Part shown: piece after piece, positions 29,922 to 32,000 of the stretch
Numbering within the stretch: position 1 is the first letter of the stretch
Layout: each line of letters opens with the position of its first letter
Origin: Mesoplasma florum L1
GTDB taxonomy: Bacteria; Bacillota_I; Bacilli_A; Mycoplasmatales; Mycoplasmataceae
Direction of reading: 5' to 3'
Assembly (NCBI RefSeq): GCF_000008305.1
Contig: NC_006055.1
Coordinates: 510,001 to 542,000, forward strand
DNA length: 32,000 nt
Notes under the pieces: generated by a model
What the model saw: the letters and a program-made list of their open reading frames with translations, nothing else
Told to the model about the DNA's origin: nothing
Databases searched by the model: none
Translations under genes and position numbers: made by a program

Positions 29922-31943
29922 TTATTGAACTCTTTCAATGAAAGTATATCTACCATGTGATTGAATATCAAATCTTTGACCTTTACCAAAAGAAACGTCT
30001 AATAAATCAGTTGAAATACCAAAAGTTAAAGCTGAATTATTTCTTGTAGACATTGATAAACCACTCATTAACATTGTTCCATTGTTACCTGTATATGATG
30101 AATCTGCAATTGTTGCGCTTCTTACACCTCTATAATTTGATTGAGATGAATTTCTGTTTACATCTGAATAAGTTAAGTTTAAATAAGTTAAACCTTCGAT
30201 TTTTGAAATTAAGTTTTGTTCTTTAATTTGTTGAGCTTCAACTCCTGTGTTTAAACTTAATGCATTTGCAAAATTAGTTCCATTAATTGTTCCATTCATT
30301 GCGCCTGTTTCTTTTCAGTAATCTCAAATATTAAAATCTGTTCCATCTTCTTTTTTGACACCTGTTTTACCTGACATTTTAAATTTATTTTGTTTTTGTT
30401 GCAATGAGGCATTTGGTGATGATCAAATATCACTTTCAGAAATACCATAGAACTTGTGGAATGTATTTAACATTTGTTCAATTCCTTTATAGTATGCACT
30501 AAATATTTTTGATGTTTGGGGGCTATTTACTTCAGAAGCTGATGTTGCTTTATTGTCAATAGCGATTGAATATGTGAAACCAACATCACTTAATCTTTGA
30601 GTATATCCATTTCGTAAAGAAATAGTTAAACCTTTATTTGTAATTGTTTCACTTGAAATTGACATTGCTAATAAATCAGGAGTTCTTTCATTTTCTTGAA
30701 TCACTGATGTTTGAACTCTTCTGTCATATTCACTTTTTAATTTATTATTATAATTTTGTAAAACTTGTTGTCATTGATTTTCAAGAGATTTATATAATAC
30801 TTGATCTCCATTAACTCTTGAACCGTCTAATTGAATTTGATCTGTTGTCTTAACTTTTCCAAAGAAAGTATTTCATTCAGGTCATGCGCCTTGATCAAAC
30901 TCAACACTAATTTTTCCTGTGTTGCTGAAATGATTTGTTTGCTCTTGTCTAATAATATCATTTTCATTATAGTAACTTACATTTATTGCGTTAACAACAG
31001 CAGAGCTAGTATTTCTAAAGTATTTGTTTTCAATAGTTGAAGTCATAGATTTTGCAAAGCTTTGATTGTACTTATTAATTGCTGATTTATAAGTTGTTGT
31101 ATTAGCAGTTAATACATCTTGAATTGTTAAGCTTGGCTCTAGAGCTTTTAATGTTTCAAAATCAATGTAAACTTTTGAATTTGCTTCTTTTAACATGTCT
31201 CCTGCTAATTCATTACTAATTTTGTTAATTGCAGCAATAATTTCACCATTATCAGAAACAGTAATAACAACTGTTCCTCTTACAGTATTTGTCACAGTAG
31301 CTTGTTCAGCATCTCTGTATCTATAAGTTGATGAGAAGTTTAGGTTCATACCTGATATAAATCCTTCACCATCAGCTCCTGTATTACCATAAGTCATTTC
31401 TGCATTTTCATAGTCGAATTTAATATCATCAATTCATCTTGAACCAAAGCTTCCAATTAAAACGCTATATGTTGAAGTACTAATAGCATTTCTTAAATCT
31501 ACCATTGCTTTAGCAGGACTTAATAGTGATTCAACATTTGAAGTTAAATCTTTTTGTTGATCAGGTGTTAAAACATCATAAAACTTAACTGATTGTTCAT
31601 TTGCATATGTTGAAGTTTCAGGCCCTGTTTCTCCACCACCTGTTCCAGCTGATGCTTGATCATAAATTGATTTTAAATTATCTTTTTGGAAGAAAATTAA
31701 ACCATTATTTGAGGCTTCTGTATCTAATAGAGTTGATCTTGTTGCCATTGGAGATGAAACAATTGTTGAAAATTTAGTTTGAACTTCAGATTCAAATTGT
31801 CTTATTAATTGTCTTATTGCTTCTTTTTCTTTTTCTGCTGGATCAACTGGTGGCTCAACTGGATCTTTTGAACATGAAATCACAGCCATTGATGAAGTAC
31901 CAACTACAGCGAATGATGATAATATTAATAATAATTTTTTCAT
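29922..31943 (-). CDS. Large lipoprotein, 673 aa
   Basis: Signal [28 protein letters not shown]. Track ORFs 31434..31943, 30882..31397, 30423..30704 and 29922..30299 all share one frame and join at UGA=Trp codons. Confidence 0.9.
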
Positions 31944-32000
31944 TTTTATTTTTTTCCTTTTCTTTCTTAATTGTGTGTATTTTTAAAATTTTATTTTAAA

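Noticed and set aside
26623-31943. Prophage, integrative element or MIB-MIP immunoglobulin-cleavage system as the identity of the block
   Set aside because: No integrase, capsid, relaxase or T4SS-like genes are seen, and the lipoproteins show no serine protease motif or recognisable MIB features. Sequence search needed for a firm exclusion.

Overview
This is an AT-rich Mollicutes window. UGA must be read as Trp (translation table 4): many ORFs in the supplied track are pieces of longer CDSs split at UGA. Lipoprotein signal peptides such as MKKLLSILGAVGLTATGASVAVSC suggest a Mesoplasma/Entomoplasma/Spiroplasma-like genome (inference). The left ~8.4 kb is largely housekeeping: a PTS EIIBC fragment, an RpiR-family regulator, small membrane proteins, a PepV-like M20 dipeptidase, a membrane-anchored J-domain protein, and the rplU-prp-rpmA cluster. 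A double-glycine-leader peptide gene and a frameshifted nucleotidyltransferase-like gene follow. From 8.5 kb on, most of the window is surface/secretome islands. These include a 1472-aa secreted protein with ten near-identical 261-bp (87-aa) repeats, a decayed IS3-family transposase, and a 907-aa DUF285/BspA-like (PARCEL-type) repeat protein. They also include a three-member membrane-protein family with two dead copies, an ABC transporter, several lipoproteins, and a five-gene co-directional block at 26.6-31.9 kb. The strongest candidate for an undescribed system is that block. It encodes two large lipoproteins, a small predicted cytosolic protein, a two-TM protein fused to a C-terminal HU/IHF-like DNA-binding domain, and an XRE regulator. 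Three exact A16 tracts sit directly behind hairpins, and two of them lie ~100 nt upstream of surface-protein genes.
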